Shown piece after piece: positions 37,370 to 49,949 of a DNA stretch of 64,000 nt (within the stretch, counting starts at the first letter, position 1; the number at the start of each line of letters is the position of its first letter). Below the pieces are notes generated by a model, which saw nothing but the letters and a program-made list of their open reading frames with translations, was not told the DNA's origin and made no database searches. This DNA comes from Octopus sinensis (lineage: Eukaryota). The DNA is taken from positions 30,938,001 through 31,002,000 of the forward strand of contig NC_043004.1 of assembly GCF_006345805.1 (NCBI RefSeq), in the 5' to 3' direction. A program made the position numbers and the translations under genes.

Positions 37370-37510
37370 TGCTTAGTGGTTAGGGTGTTGCACTCACAAC
37401 TGCAAAATCGTATGTTCGATTCCTAGACCGGGCATTGTGTTGTGTTCTTGAGCAAAGCACTTCATTTCACGTAGCTCTGCAATCATTTCGACATCTGACA
37501 TGTGGCACCC
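37370..37510 (+). mobile_element. tRNA-derived SINE family D
   Basis: GCTTAGTGGTTAGGG A-box, GTTCGATTCC B-box, core TGTGTTGTGTTCTTGAGCAAAGCAC. Confidence 0.8.
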
Positions 37511-37724
37511 ATTGCACCTTCCCTTTGCAAATACTAATAGGGCACAGAAAGTGTGTCTAAAGCCAGCTGAAGGAGGTGTCCTCCTGGGGCTACAAACTAC
37601 AGTAGCATCCACCCTTAGGGGTTAGCCATATTTAAATGGCAAATATATGTCACGATCTGTTGCAGCTACTGTTTATAACTTGCTCTAAGATTTATTATTG
37701 AAATATATATATATATATATATAT

Positions 37725-37780
<56 letters not shown>

Positions 37781-38149
37781 AGTCATAAATGGAAGAGAAA
37801 TAGTTTAACGAAATTTTATTTAACAATAAGAAAATTTTAATACCCTGATAAATTGTTTTATAACTTAAAAACATGTAAATAATTTATATTATTATATTTA
37901 ATAATAAGTAAATTACTTAGATGTCTGCATTAATGCAAGATGCAAAAAATCCTATTGAATCGTACTATATATTTTATATGTTTTGTGGAATGATATATTA
38001 AGGAGCATTTTTTATGAGTTACACCAGATTATTTGAATCCATATATCGTGACTTAAATACATCTTCATGAAAGGATGGTATCATCCAAGGAAATACTGGT
38101 TCAATACCTAGTATTTTGGAGGGGAGGTTAATATCCAACACCAACACCG

Positions 38150-38900
38150 ATGAGGCCACAGAGACACCTCAACTATGAGGGTGAGTGGTATTGAGGGAGG
38201 CAACTTTGTGCCAGTTGAGGAGAAGCTCTTCTTCTCTTCTTCTTAGATCACTAGCTAGCAACCCAAGGAGGAAGCTGCCCTCTCAGCCAATACATTGTTG
38301 TGAGTGCTGTTTGATGACTCTGCTGATGATGTTATTCCATGCTTCCTGATCCGTGGTACTGGCCTTAGCATACTTGAGGTCGAGGCACTGCAACTCCAGG
38401 TTTTCCTCAGTTTGTTTTGCCCACGTCTTCTTTGGTGCATTGTGCTGTATTCATGATGGAATGTTAAAGTATGGTAGAGGGACAGAAACAGGTGTTTTGC
38501 TGGAGAGACAATGCATGGCTACCTCAGTTGATAAGGTGAGAAGAGAAAGAGAAGAGAGGGAGAAAACAGAGAGAGAGGAGAGATCCATGAGAGAAAGAGA
38601 GACAATGGTGGCAAGGATGTGTTGAGGTATACCCTCAAGTTACAAGGAGTTGAATATAAGTGAAGTGGTGCAGATGATAGGACAGGGCAGGAAGACAGAT
38701 AAGTCCATGAGAGTATGAAAGGAGGGTGGGTGATAGAGGGGAGAGGAATTTAGTGTGAGGTGAACACAGCTGAATGGTGGTGCATGATTAGGAAGATGAG
38801 TTATTGGAGAAAGATTCATCCGGGACACATATTGTGTGAAGAAGCAGCTGCTATTTCTGATAGGTAGTGTGATTGCATAGTGACTCACACCTCGGTGGGA
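38150..38900 (-). repeat. Unclassified purine-skewed repeat with an inserted RTE 3' fragment (~38255-38450)
   Basis: TCAACTGAGGTAGCCA...CAGCAAAACACCTG is homologous to 58525-58610; the insert reads PKKTWAKQTEENL...DQEAWNNII. Confidence 0.55.
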
Positions 38901-39164
38901 GTGTTAAATGTGTGTGCTTTTGATTAAGTATGCATGTCTAGGATGACTAACATATTAATGAATATGTGTCATTATATGCATGCACTTAGGTATATGTACA
39001 TGCATGTATACAAACACGTACATGTATTTAAGGATGCATATGTATTTATTATGTTTGTCTGTGGTGGGAGTGTCTTTAAAATATCAATACAATATATCGG
39101 TCATAATGTGTATGTGCATGCATACATACATACATATATATATATATACATATATATTCTTTTA

Positions 39165-39555
39165 GTCTTTTATTTGTTTCAGTCATTTGACTGCAGCCAT
39201 GCTGGAGCACTGCATTTTGTTGAACAAATCATCCCCAGGACTTAATCTTTGTAAGCCTAGTACTTATTCTATCGGTCTCTTTTGCTGAACTGCTAAGTTA
39301 CGGGGACGTAGACATGCCAACATTTGTTGTCAAACGATGGGGGGGGGGACAAACACAGACACACACACATATACACCTATACATACATATATATATATGA
39401 TGGGCTTGTTTTAGTTTCCATCTACCAAATCCACTCACAAGGCTTTGGTCGGCCCAAGGCTTTAATAGAAGACACTTGCCCAAGGTGTCACACAGTGGGA
39501 CTGAACCTCAGAACCATGTGGTTGGTAAGCAAGCTACTTACTACACAGCCACTCT
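39165..39555 (-). mobile_element. SINE family B, full length
   Basis: Head, CORE-like GACACCTTGGGCAAGTGTCTTC, internal microsatellite and 3' GACTGAAACAAATAAAAG. Confidence 0.85.
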
Positions 39556-39879
39556 TGAACCTATATATATATATATATATATATTTAACACACTCACTGG
39601 TAAAATTTCCACATATTTCTTTTTTTTTATTTTCCTAAAATTTTCATTGCATCTTGCAACCTTTTCAATGGTCTTGACTCTCTTGAAAAGGTTGCAAGAC
39701 ACAACGAAAATTTTAGGAAAATAAGAATAATAATTAAGTGGAAATTTTACTGGTGAGTGTGTTAAATTATAAGGCACAAAAAAAAATGCTTCTCCCCAGA
39801 CAACAGAATATGCCTCAACACATGAGCTCATATAAAGAATCTTGCAAACCAAATCCAAAAATAAAATATATACATATAT

Positions 39880-39971
<92 letters not shown>

Positions 39972-40047
39972 TACATATATATATATACAAACATGTGTGT
40001 ATGCATGCAGATGTGTGTATTTATACACACACACACATATATAAATA

Positions 40048-40262
40048 AGGGGATGCTGAAAAGTTCCAGGCTTAAGGGTATCATGAAAGGCTTGGTTGGA
40101 GGCCCAACCTTCCAACTTCTTTTACAGGGCTTAGAAAAACTGAAGGACCTCTGCAATAAGCGTGTGAATCTGAGAAGGGAATAAGTTGGATACAATCATA
40201 ATTAACTGATCCTCCTGTATTTGCTTTTAACCAAAGCCAGGAACATTTAAGCACCCCATCTC

Positions 40263-40263
<1 letters not shown>
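40048..40263 (+). mobile_element. mariner deletion derivative (MITE)
   Basis: TIRs GGGGATGCTGAAAAGTTCCAGGCTT / AAGCCAGGAACATTTAAGCACCCC; internal GLEKLKDLCNKRVNLRRE resembles a mariner C-terminus. Confidence 0.75.
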
Positions 40264-40293
<30 letters not shown>

Positions 40294-41295
40294 TGTGTGT
40301 GCGTGTGTGTGTGTGTGTGTGTGTGCATGTGTGTGTGTGTGTGTGGTGTGTGTGTGTGTGTTTGCATATTTATTTGCGCTTGTCCGCATACATATATGTC
40401 TCTGCATATTGTGTATCTCTTCACCGTTTTCTGTACATGTTTAGCACACATAATGCATTGCTATCAACCTATATGTGTCTATACAATATATATAAATACA
40501 TGCTTGAAAGTGTATATATGAGTGAAGAAATACAGACTGTTCAATTGTTCAATTGTCCTGTAGATGTCCCTCACATATTATATTAAACCTGATCAATATT
40601 TCCTCTCACACAGTCATTGTATGTAAGCTGGATATGTTGTCAGTATTCAATATATTTTATATATTCCCTCCCCATCTCCCTTCCATTTCCACTTCCTCCT
40701 CCTGCTCCTCCTCCTCATCATCATCATCATCATTATCATCATCATCAACACCACCAATGTCACTCCCTATACCACTACATACAAGTTCTTCATAGTAGCT
40801 TGACTCACTCACCTCACTAACTTCTGACTCTACTTAAAATAGTGGTTAATATGTTTTCAATTTATGAATTAAAGCAGCTTAATTTTGTTTTTAAGATTCT
40901 ATATTCGGATTTGCACTAAATTAATTCCTTGGTTGTAAAGTCCCTTGAGAGGATAGATGGAAGAACCAAAAGACAAAATATTTCAAGCTAATTCTGGATC
41001 AACAATCAATCTGTTTCAAAATAGGCAGAATCATTTATATATTAGCATATGTCTGTGCGCATATATATCTGCAAGCAGAAAAATAGAAATCAAAATATCA
41101 GTGTATGTATATTTTTTTATTAATATTTAGCAGAAGCAACAGAATGACTCAAGGTCCGAAAGTTAGTTACAGGTTGAAGAGCTGTAGATTTATATAGCTG
41201 TTGAGAATTACATCTTCCTCTGGATTGTTCTAGATCAAATTATAAATCATAATAATGTCATGTGGATAATTAATATTTTTCAAATGATTTGCTTG

Positions 41296-41345
<50 letters not shown>

Positions 41346-41639
41346 AAATAGAGCAAAAATGCAATAGAGGACAATAAAACATTCAGACAGATACAAAGGT
41401 GGACAGGAGAAACAACATTTAGAAGGATAGGCAAAAAAAGACGGGTCATTCCTTCCTCAGTCAAGTTACCAGAAGTCTTTACTGTTTTGGGCAAAAGAAA
41501 GGTATGATTAAATATAAAATAATACTAGGATGTGTTAAATCTCTGTTCTGATATCTATTAATTTATATATATATATATACAGATATGGATATATGGTCAT
41601 CTACAGGTCATCTTGAGCAGGACTTACCACCATCTCCAT

Positions 41640-42240
41640 CATCATCGATCCCAGAACTTGACTGATAATTATTTTATTAATCTCGAAAGATGAAAAGCAA
41701 AGCTGACCTCAGTGGCATTTCAACTCTGTAAAGAGACCAAAGAAATACAGCTAAGCATTTTCTATGATGTGTTAACAATCTTGCCAGTGCTGGCAGAACC
41801 ATTAGTTCACTGCACAAAATGCTGAGTGGCATTTCATTCGTGTATACATTCTGAGTTCAAATTCTGCCATGGTTGACTTCGCCTTTCATCCTTTCAGTAT
41901 TGATAAAATAAATACTAGTTAAGCACTGAGGTCAATGTAATCAACTTACCCTCTCTCCCAAGCATGCTGGCTTTGTGCCAAAACTTGAAATAATCATCAT
42001 TATTGTTGTTGTTGATATTATTATTAAGGTAACAAGCTGGCTGAATGGTTGGGTGAAATGTTTAGTGGTATTTTATCCATCTTCTCATTCTGAGTTCAAA
42101 TTCGGCCAAGGTCAACTTAGCCTTACATCCTTCTATGGCCAATAAATTAAGTACCAATGAAATACTGGGGTCAATATAATCAACTAGCCCCCTCCCACCA
42201 AATTTCAGGCCTTGTGCCTATAGTAGAAAGGATTATTATT
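41640..42240. mobile_element. Cluster of three SINE family A copies (one minus, two plus)
   Basis: ~41640-41790 (-), ~41790-41990 (+), ~42025-42240 (+), each with the B-box and Nin-like domain. Confidence 0.8.
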
Positions 42241-42247
42241 GTTTTTA

Positions 42248-42631
42248 TCTCTCTCTATATAAACGGCAGTTTGTCTGTGCGTGTTTCTGTGTGTCTGTTT
42301 GCTTGTACCCTCACCCTGACCACGGCTTTCAACCGATTCTGATGAAACTTGACACACACATAGCCCAATGTCATAATTCAAAACTAACGCAGCGAAAATT
42401 TTTAAAAGTTCCCCCAGTTCTGAAAAAAATCGATAAATTCGACATGGGGTCGAGAATCAGAAACACAAACCGCAAACTGTCTAGGGGACGCAACTCCACC
42501 TTTTTTTACTCTCAAACAAAATTTACCATCATTTTTTTCCATTTTTTTGCTATTTTTTGGCTATAACTCTCTAAAAATGCTTTATAGTTATTTCCCTTAC
42601 AAACCTGAGCAATGCCGGGCGATACTGCTAG
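42248..42631 (+). mobile_element. Non-autonomous Helitron (384 bp)
   Basis: A|TC 5' end, subterminal hairpin CCTGAGCAATGCCGGG (42604-42619), CTAG|T 3' end, no TSD. Confidence 0.85.
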
Positions 42632-42647
42632 TTATTACTATTATTAT

Positions 42648-43205
42648 TGAGTGGGAGAGCAGTGCATGCCATCAAAGTGACACTGGGGTACAAATATATG
42701 AAGCCTAGTATACCCATCATGACTACCTGTTTTATAAGGGTACACCAGACACATGCATCACAACCATATGTGTATGACATGGTCATTCCATATCGAGATA
42801 AACAGCACATGACCTTGCAGGTGGGGCCCAATTAGAATTTTCTTCAGGTCGAGTATCCCATCCTGCTCAGAAGGTCCCTGAATAAGATTTGTTTTAAGGA
42901 TGATGAACAAAACACCCATGTTTCCAGCGGTGAATTATTCAAATCCCAAAGAATTCATCTCAATGCATGGTTATGAAGCTCCCCCACTACTTCTGCTTGT
43001 GATCAGAGATGCACATATCGTCAGCGCCAAGGAACATGCTCAACTGGTTAAGGTCAAGCAGCTGACAAGCAAATCTGTGGTATTGAGTAGAATATTTGCT
43101 GTAGCCCATCTTTTATACCAAGACAAAACATATATATGAGAACATTCCAACTATTTAAGGTCAGAAGCCATTAGAGCCAGTGCCTGGTACTGCATCAGGG
43201 CATCT
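42648..43205 (-). mobile_element. (TAA)n-flanked non-coding retroposon, family E, without a tRNA head
   Basis: (TAA)n at both ends; 5'-truncated second copy at 57303-57691 with the same 3' end GCATGCACTGCTCTC.CACTCAATAATAAT. Confidence 0.8.
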
Positions 43206-44332
43206 ATTATTATTATTAGTATTATTATTACTGTCGCCCCTACCACCATCGACCACCAATAGCAATAACAATGAGCTAACAAGAAGACCTGAATACTGTC
43301 ACTTGACCTTCAAGAAGTGGCAGTTAAATGTTTCTTAAATTACACCTAGCCCCAACTAAAATGTAGGTTACATTGTTAAAACTATATAGTTCACTTTGTT
43401 CACTGCCATTCTCCACTTCTTTTGTGGTCTCTCTCTCTCTCTCTCTCTCTCAGGATCCTGTCTCTTAGCTTTATTATCTTTCCCATCCCCCCTGTTGCTA
43501 TTTAATCCTCTGGTCATATCTAGTCCACCTCCATTTCAACAATTTTATGACACTAACAATTTTCCTAGATAATGTAGTCCTAGATGCAACCATAATTATT
43601 ACCCTCATCATCATCATCATCAGCAGCAGCAGCAGCAGCGGCAGCAGCAGCAGCGGCAGCAGCAGCAGCAGCAACATTATTATCATCATCAGTCGATAAA
43701 TGAGAAGGATGATCATAGCTCTGTTTGAACAGGGCACACCTGAGGCCAAACGACAACAACAACAACAACAACAACAACAGCAGCAGCACTGTAGCCACAA
43801 GAAAAGACATATAGTCTGTAGAGGAAATCACATTGAGCCAGACCAATAAAAAAGGCCTTTCTCCACCTGTTACATATTGACTGTGGATGAACAAAACTTT
43901 TATAGATATGCTAAATTAGTTGTTGGTTTTATAACTGTTTCCAGCATGGCACCAATACAAAGACACATTCATGACAAATATTGGAGAAATGTCGAAATAT
44001 AGAAATACAATCATTGTCAGTGGGTTGTATTCAATAACACACACCAAATGTCACTGTACTGTGTGTGTGTGTGTGTTGTGTGTGTGTGTGTAAAGGTGGA
44101 TTGATGTGACAGCTATGAGCTTCTGGCATTGTTGTGTGTAAGTATGTGAGAGTGGAGAGTGGTCGGGTGAGTAACAAACAACACAGTACCACTTGACACT
44201 AGATCCAATGAACTTTGACATATCAATTGTTAACTGTTTGATCTGACTTAAACTGTTATACAACAAAATCTTAAGGACAAAAATGAAGTCTTTAGAAATA
44301 TATTTATTAGTTCTTATAAATATATGATATAT

Positions 44333-44405
<73 letters not shown>

Positions 44406-44488
44406 AAGATAGATAGATAGAAAGATAGACAGACAGACAGATAGATAGATAGATATACATATACATACATATATACATTCATGCATAC

Positions 44489-44525
<37 letters not shown>

Positions 44526-44706
44526 TGTGTGTGTGTATGCATACATATATGTGTGCATATCAATGTATATATATATATATATATATATATATGTTTGTGC
44601 ATATGCATCTATATACAAATATATACATATATATATACATCTGTATGTTAGTGTTTATATATATATATGTGTGTGTTTGTATGTATGTATGCATGTTTAT
44701 GTGTAT

Positions 44707-44755
<49 letters not shown>

Positions 44756-44938
44756 GGAATAAATCCAAATTTACAGGGAAAAATCAGACTTAGGATTGAA
44801 TCCAATTTTATGGTAAAATATTATATTATATTATATTATATTAGAGACAAAACCACTATTATGCAAATCAAACAAAGAAAGACTTAAGCCAATACATAAA
44901 ATAATTTATATAAATTAAAATTTAACAATTATAAATAA

Positions 44939-44988
44939 CCACTACGATTGTTTCGTGTCAGCACATCTTTGAGACATTCTTCAGGTGG
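44939..44988 (-). ncRNA. Type I hammerhead motif (left arm)
   Basis: CCAC-CTGAAGA-ATGTC-[13 nt]-GACAC-GAA-AC-AATC-GT-A-GTGG. Confidence 0.8.
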
Positions 44989-45048
44989 CTTCAAAACCTT
45001 CTTGGTGAGTTTTAAACTATGAACTAAAACTCGCCAAGAAGGTTTTGA

Positions 45049-45102
45049 AACCACCTGAAGAATGTCTCAAAGATGTGCTGACACGAAATGATCGTAGTGG
45101 TT
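45049..45102 (+). ncRNA. Type I hammerhead motif (right arm)
   Basis: AACCAC-CTGAAGA-ATGTC-[13 nt]-GACAC-GAA-AT-GATC-GT-A-GTGGTT; predicted cleavage after A45096. Confidence 0.82.
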
Positions 45103-45309
45103 ATTTATAATTGTTAAATTTTAATTTATATAAATTATTTTATGTATTGGCTTAAGTCTTTCTTTGTTTGATTTGCATAATAGTGGTTTTGTCGCTAATA
45201 TAATATATTATATATATATATATATATGTCATTTATAAATATGGAATATACCCAGTATAAATGTGAGAAGGCCGCCATTCAGACAAGAATACAGTTATAA
45301 ATAATGATT

Positions 45310-45525
45310 TCAAAGTTTGGTACAAGGCCAGCAAGTTTATGGGAGAGGGTAAGTCGATTACATCGACCCCAGTGTTCAGCTGGTATTTATTTTATCGACC
45401 CTGAAAGGATGAAAGGCAAAGTCGACCACAAACAGAATTTGAACTCAGAATGTAAAGATGGACGAAATGTCGTTAAACATGTAGACCAGCATGCCAACAA
45501 TTCTGCAAGCTCACTGCCTCAGAGC
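45310..45525 (-). mobile_element. SINE family A
   Basis: GACCCTGAAAGGATGAAAGGCAAAGTCGACC...GAATTTGAACTCAGAA...GCTCACTGCC. Confidence 0.85.
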
Positions 45526-45814
45526 TATAAACAATAGCATGCAGAATATTAGACAGAAAAGTCAAAGACTGCTAGTAGGACTTGAACTAACATCATCTGT
45601 AGACATGGTTGCTGTTCTGAACATTATACCAAAGCAACTTTTCAAATTTTCTCCTTCCATTTTGGAATGTTTGTTCTTACCAGTAAGAATTTTATATTAT
45701 TTACATCCAATATTAACTCAATATTATGTGTGCTATTGAATATAGCTTTTTCTTCATGTTCTACTGATTTACCTATTTCCAGAAATGTCAAAATTCTCAT
45801 GACGTAAGCAATGC

Positions 45815-45866
<52 letters not shown>

Positions 45867-46044
45867 ACAAAATAATAAATAAAACATATGCATATATACA
45901 TACATATATGTACGTACCTACATCTATATGTATATATATATGCATATATGGGTACAGGACACCAAAAAAAAACAACAATGAGCCTCTTCCAAGTAAGTTT
46001 TATCTATATATATATATATGTATATGTATATATATATGTATATA

Positions 46045-46340
46045 TCCTTATCATCATTTAGCATCAGCTTTCCATTCTGAGAGTTGCACCAGGTTCCAAT
46101 CTGATTTGGCATGGTTTCTATGACTGGGTGTCCTTCGTAACATCAAGAGTGTAATGGATGCTTTTTAAGTTCCACCAGCATGGATCCAGTTATGTGACAC
46201 CAACACCAGCCACAACTATATTTTCACTTGGTTTGATGAGTCTTCTCAAGCATAGCATATCACCAAAGGTCTTGGTCACTTATCACCTCCATGAAGCTCA
46301 ATGTTCAAAGGGTGCATTCTATGTGCCACTGCACAGATGT
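46045..46340 (-). mobile_element. Decayed RTE 3'UTR
   Basis: TCATCATTTAGCATC tail, GGCATGGTTTCTATGACTGGGTGTCCTTC. Confidence 0.6.
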
Positions 46341-46560
46341 CTGTTACATGACACTGATATATATATATATATATATATGTAATATGGATGGCTAATATGC
46401 AGTTTTACTACCTGAAGGCAGAAATATATATGTCACTATAGTGACAAAGGGCACTAATCAGCACCAGTATTACAAGAAATAAGAGTCAAAACAACTCAGT
46501 AGCCACGGAAGCACTATCTTAATTAGTGACAAGATATATATATATATACACACACACATA

Positions 46561-46633
<73 letters not shown>

Positions 46634-46635
<2 letters not shown>

Positions 46636-47390
46636 TTGTGGTGTGCAAGAGAGACGATTGCGCTGGTATGGTCATGTGGCGAGAATGGATGAAGATAGGT
46701 GTGTGAGAAAGTACCAATCCCTAGCAGTTGAGGGAACCTGTGGAAGAGGTAGACCCAGGAAAACCTGGGACGAGGTGGTGAAGCACGACCTTCGAACTTT
46801 AGGCCTCACTGAGGAAATGACCAGCGACCGAGACCTTTGGAAATATGCTGTACGTGAGAAGACCAGGCAGGACAAGTGAGCCCAGCCCACTTATGCATGC
46901 CTTTCCTTCCTTGGACACAAAGACCTGTTGAGGCAAGCGAAGTCGATATAGAACCTCATCCGACGACAGGCACCCATGCCAACCCCCTTGGCTTGTGAAG
47001 ACATGTTGGGGCAAGCGAAATCGAAATCGAAATCGAATTGAACCAGCCAGGACCCCTGGTCTGGTGGTACGTAAAAAGCACTATCCGACTCGTGGCCGAT
47101 GCCAGCGCCGCCTCGACTGGCTTCCGTGCCGGTGGCACGTAAAATACACCAATCCGACCGTGGCCGTTGCCAGCCTTGCCTGGCACCTGTGCAGCTGGTA
47201 CGTAAAAAGCACCCACTACACTCACGGAGTGGTTGGCGTTAGGAAGGACATCCAGCTGTAGAAACATTGCCAGATAAGACTGGAGCCTGGTGCAGCCTTT
47301 TGGCTTCCCAGATCCCCGGTCGAACCGTCCAACCCATGCTAGCATGGAGAACGGACGTTAAACGATGATGATGATGATGATGATATATAT
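46634..47390 (+). mobile_element. 5'-truncated RTE LINE (ORF end, ~500 bp 3'UTR, (GAT)n tail)
   Basis: [20 protein letters not shown]...GRGRPRKTWDEVVKHDL...DRDLWKYAV* open to the stop at 46879; many CpGs retained. Confidence 0.92.
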
Positions 47391-48204
47391 ATACATATAT
47401 ATATAGATAGATAGATAGATACATATGTCTATATATATATATAGATACATATGTCTATATATATATATATACACACACACACATATACATGTGTGTGTAT
47501 GTGTGTGTGTGTGTGCATGTGTTAGTCTGTGTGTGTCATTATTTTATGCATGCCTTCTCTATAGGCATAAGTTGCATGGATCATTGTGGTTTATTATTTG
47601 TTCAGAGTTTCTGCCCTTATAAGCATGTTCACAGACCATGTCTCACACCTTTAGCTAGATTTCTACAGCTGGATGCCCTTCCTAACACCACCCACTTTAC
47701 AGAGTTTACTGGGTGCATTTTGTAGTAGCACCAACTCTTGAGTAGTTATCATGGGCTCAACAAGGCTATAGGGACTTCTTGAAAGATATGTGCAAATGTG
47801 TTTTTAAGGAAGAGGCAGAGCATTGCTTTAGAAAATGAAGTTAATATCTGAAGGTTTCACACACACTCTCTCACACACATACACACACGTACACACTCAC
47901 ACACATACATACATATATACACACACACACACACTCAGACACAGACATATACACACATACACACTCACACACATATACACTCACTCACATTCATATATAC
48001 ATACATATAGTCACACACACACTTGCACACATCCACATACACACACATATACACACATACATATACACTCACACACACACGCGCACTTACACACTTACAT
48101 ACATACATGCATATACACTCACACACATACATGCACACACACACACTCATATGTATGCACTCACACATATACATATACACTCACACACACACACACACAC
48201 ATAC

Positions 48205-48360
48205 AATTGGCTTCTTTCAGTTTCCGTCTGCCAAATCTTCTCACAAAGCATTGGTCAGCTCAGGGTTACATTGGAAGACACTTGCTGAAGTTGTCATGCA
48301 GAGGGATTGGATCCAAGACTACAAGATTGAGAAGCAAGCTTTTTGGCTGCAGGGCAATCT
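48205..48360 (-). mobile_element. SINE family B 5' part
   Basis: GCTTCTTTCAGTTTCCGTCTGCCAAATC..CTCACAAAGC...GAAGACACTTGC. Confidence 0.7.
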
Positions 48361-48717
48361 TGCTCCTATTCTCTTGAATCTACCAGTTCTGATAACCCAT
48401 TGTTGGATATCTCTAGCCCTGGAATGTTTTGCAATTGACTCTGTTTATCACACAGCTGTATAAGATAAAGACTATTTTATGCATGTGTATGCATGCTTGC
48501 AGATTGATAAGAATGTAATGTATTCATTAGTATTTCTGTTGTTTGAAGGTAACAGAGCTGCTGCAGAATACAATTAACATCTTACAGTGACATAGTTACT
48601 GTGGTGACCTGCTTAATTAGAGAACCACTAAATGATCATCTTCGATATATATATTATATTTCTGTTTATCTGTTTATATGCATAAACATTCACACACACA
48701 CATATACATAAATAAAT

Positions 48718-49030
48718 ACAGGCTTCTCAAAATCAGAAAGGAGAAAGGGGATTTGAAGAATATAGATCCAAGCCTTCACTGGAACTGTAAAAAATCTATA
48801 GAACTTTCCAGAAGTTTATCCTTTAAGTATACAGGAGCATGTCTAGATATACAACTATATGCATGAGAATACACGCATAAAACAAAACATACAAATCTGC
48901 AGATATACAAGCATACATACATATAAAAATGCCCTGTTCATGTTGCTGAAATTCCAATGAAGAAGCCTTGGACGTAGGTTAGAAACTGGCTCTTTCTCTA
49001 TTGGTAAGAAATTTTGAAATAAAACTGCAT
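48718..49030 (+). mobile_element. R4-like LINE 3' end
   Basis: GGCTTCTCAAAA.CAGAAAGG...ACTGGAACTGTAAAAA and 3'UTR TTCCAATGAAGAAGCC...GAAATAAAACTG. Confidence 0.85.
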
Positions 49031-49214
49031 AATGAATACACACACACACACACACACCATATCACACACACACACCACATCATACATGCACACAGACTAC
49101 ATCACATACACACTTACACACACACACACACCACATCATACATGCACACAGACCACATCACATATACACTCACACACACACACATGAAGATACATTCACA
49201 CATATAGACATGCA

Positions 49215-49295
<81 letters not shown>

Positions 49296-49949
49296 ATGTG
49301 CGTGTGTGTGTAATGTATAAAGTAAGTGGATAAGGATTTCAGAAATCCAGGTATGTACCTTGGTCAGCATTCCATGCAAAATCCAGGCTAACAGAATGTA
49401 AAGGAAGGAAAATCAGAATTAGTATTCAGTTAATCCAAAAATAATATTCCATATAAACCGCAAATGCAGGAAAAGGCACCAATTATGAGATTGCTGCATC
49501 AATTACAGAGTACAAATGCAAACAAAGAAATGCAGTGACAGTTTTCCAATTATTAATCAGTTATGGTCAGTTCGATAATTAGTGGAATTATTCCATTAGC
49601 CAACATGCTGGGTTCAGCACATTGTTTGATGTAATGATGCCATCAGTTAACAAAACAATCATAACTGTCTAATAAATGCAATGCCATCGTTTGTATTCCT
49701 CTGTTCATTTGCATTCATTCATATGTACATACATACATGTGTATGCATATATATACATAAATACAGAGACATTCCAACAGATTTCATAGTACCTGCCAGC
49801 CAAACTAAATTACTGGCTCAAGTAACTGACCACTGTCCCCCTACTACGACTATGGTGAACAGCAAGCACAACTGCAATGATTATTGTAGTAGTAGTGATA
49901 GTCAGGATTATATGCCAGTGAAATGTCCCCTTACTGAAGTTTTTTTTGA

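Larger units (their letters stand above)
44751..45205. mobile_element. Palindromic Penelope-like element with two hammerheads
   Basis: Arms 44834-45014 and 45025-45205 (about 5 mismatches by eye), 10 nt loop, extra unique 3' end 44751-44833, (TA)n flanks. Confidence 0.9.

Noticed and set aside
41440-41480. Minus-strand CTGAGGA-AGGAATGACCC as a hammerhead
   Set aside because: No GAAA and no stem I partner; at most a deleted remnant.
48950-49005. SECIS element in the R4 3'UTR (AUGA plus stem)
   Set aside because: No 3' GA to complete the quartet and no supported in-frame UGA selenoprotein.
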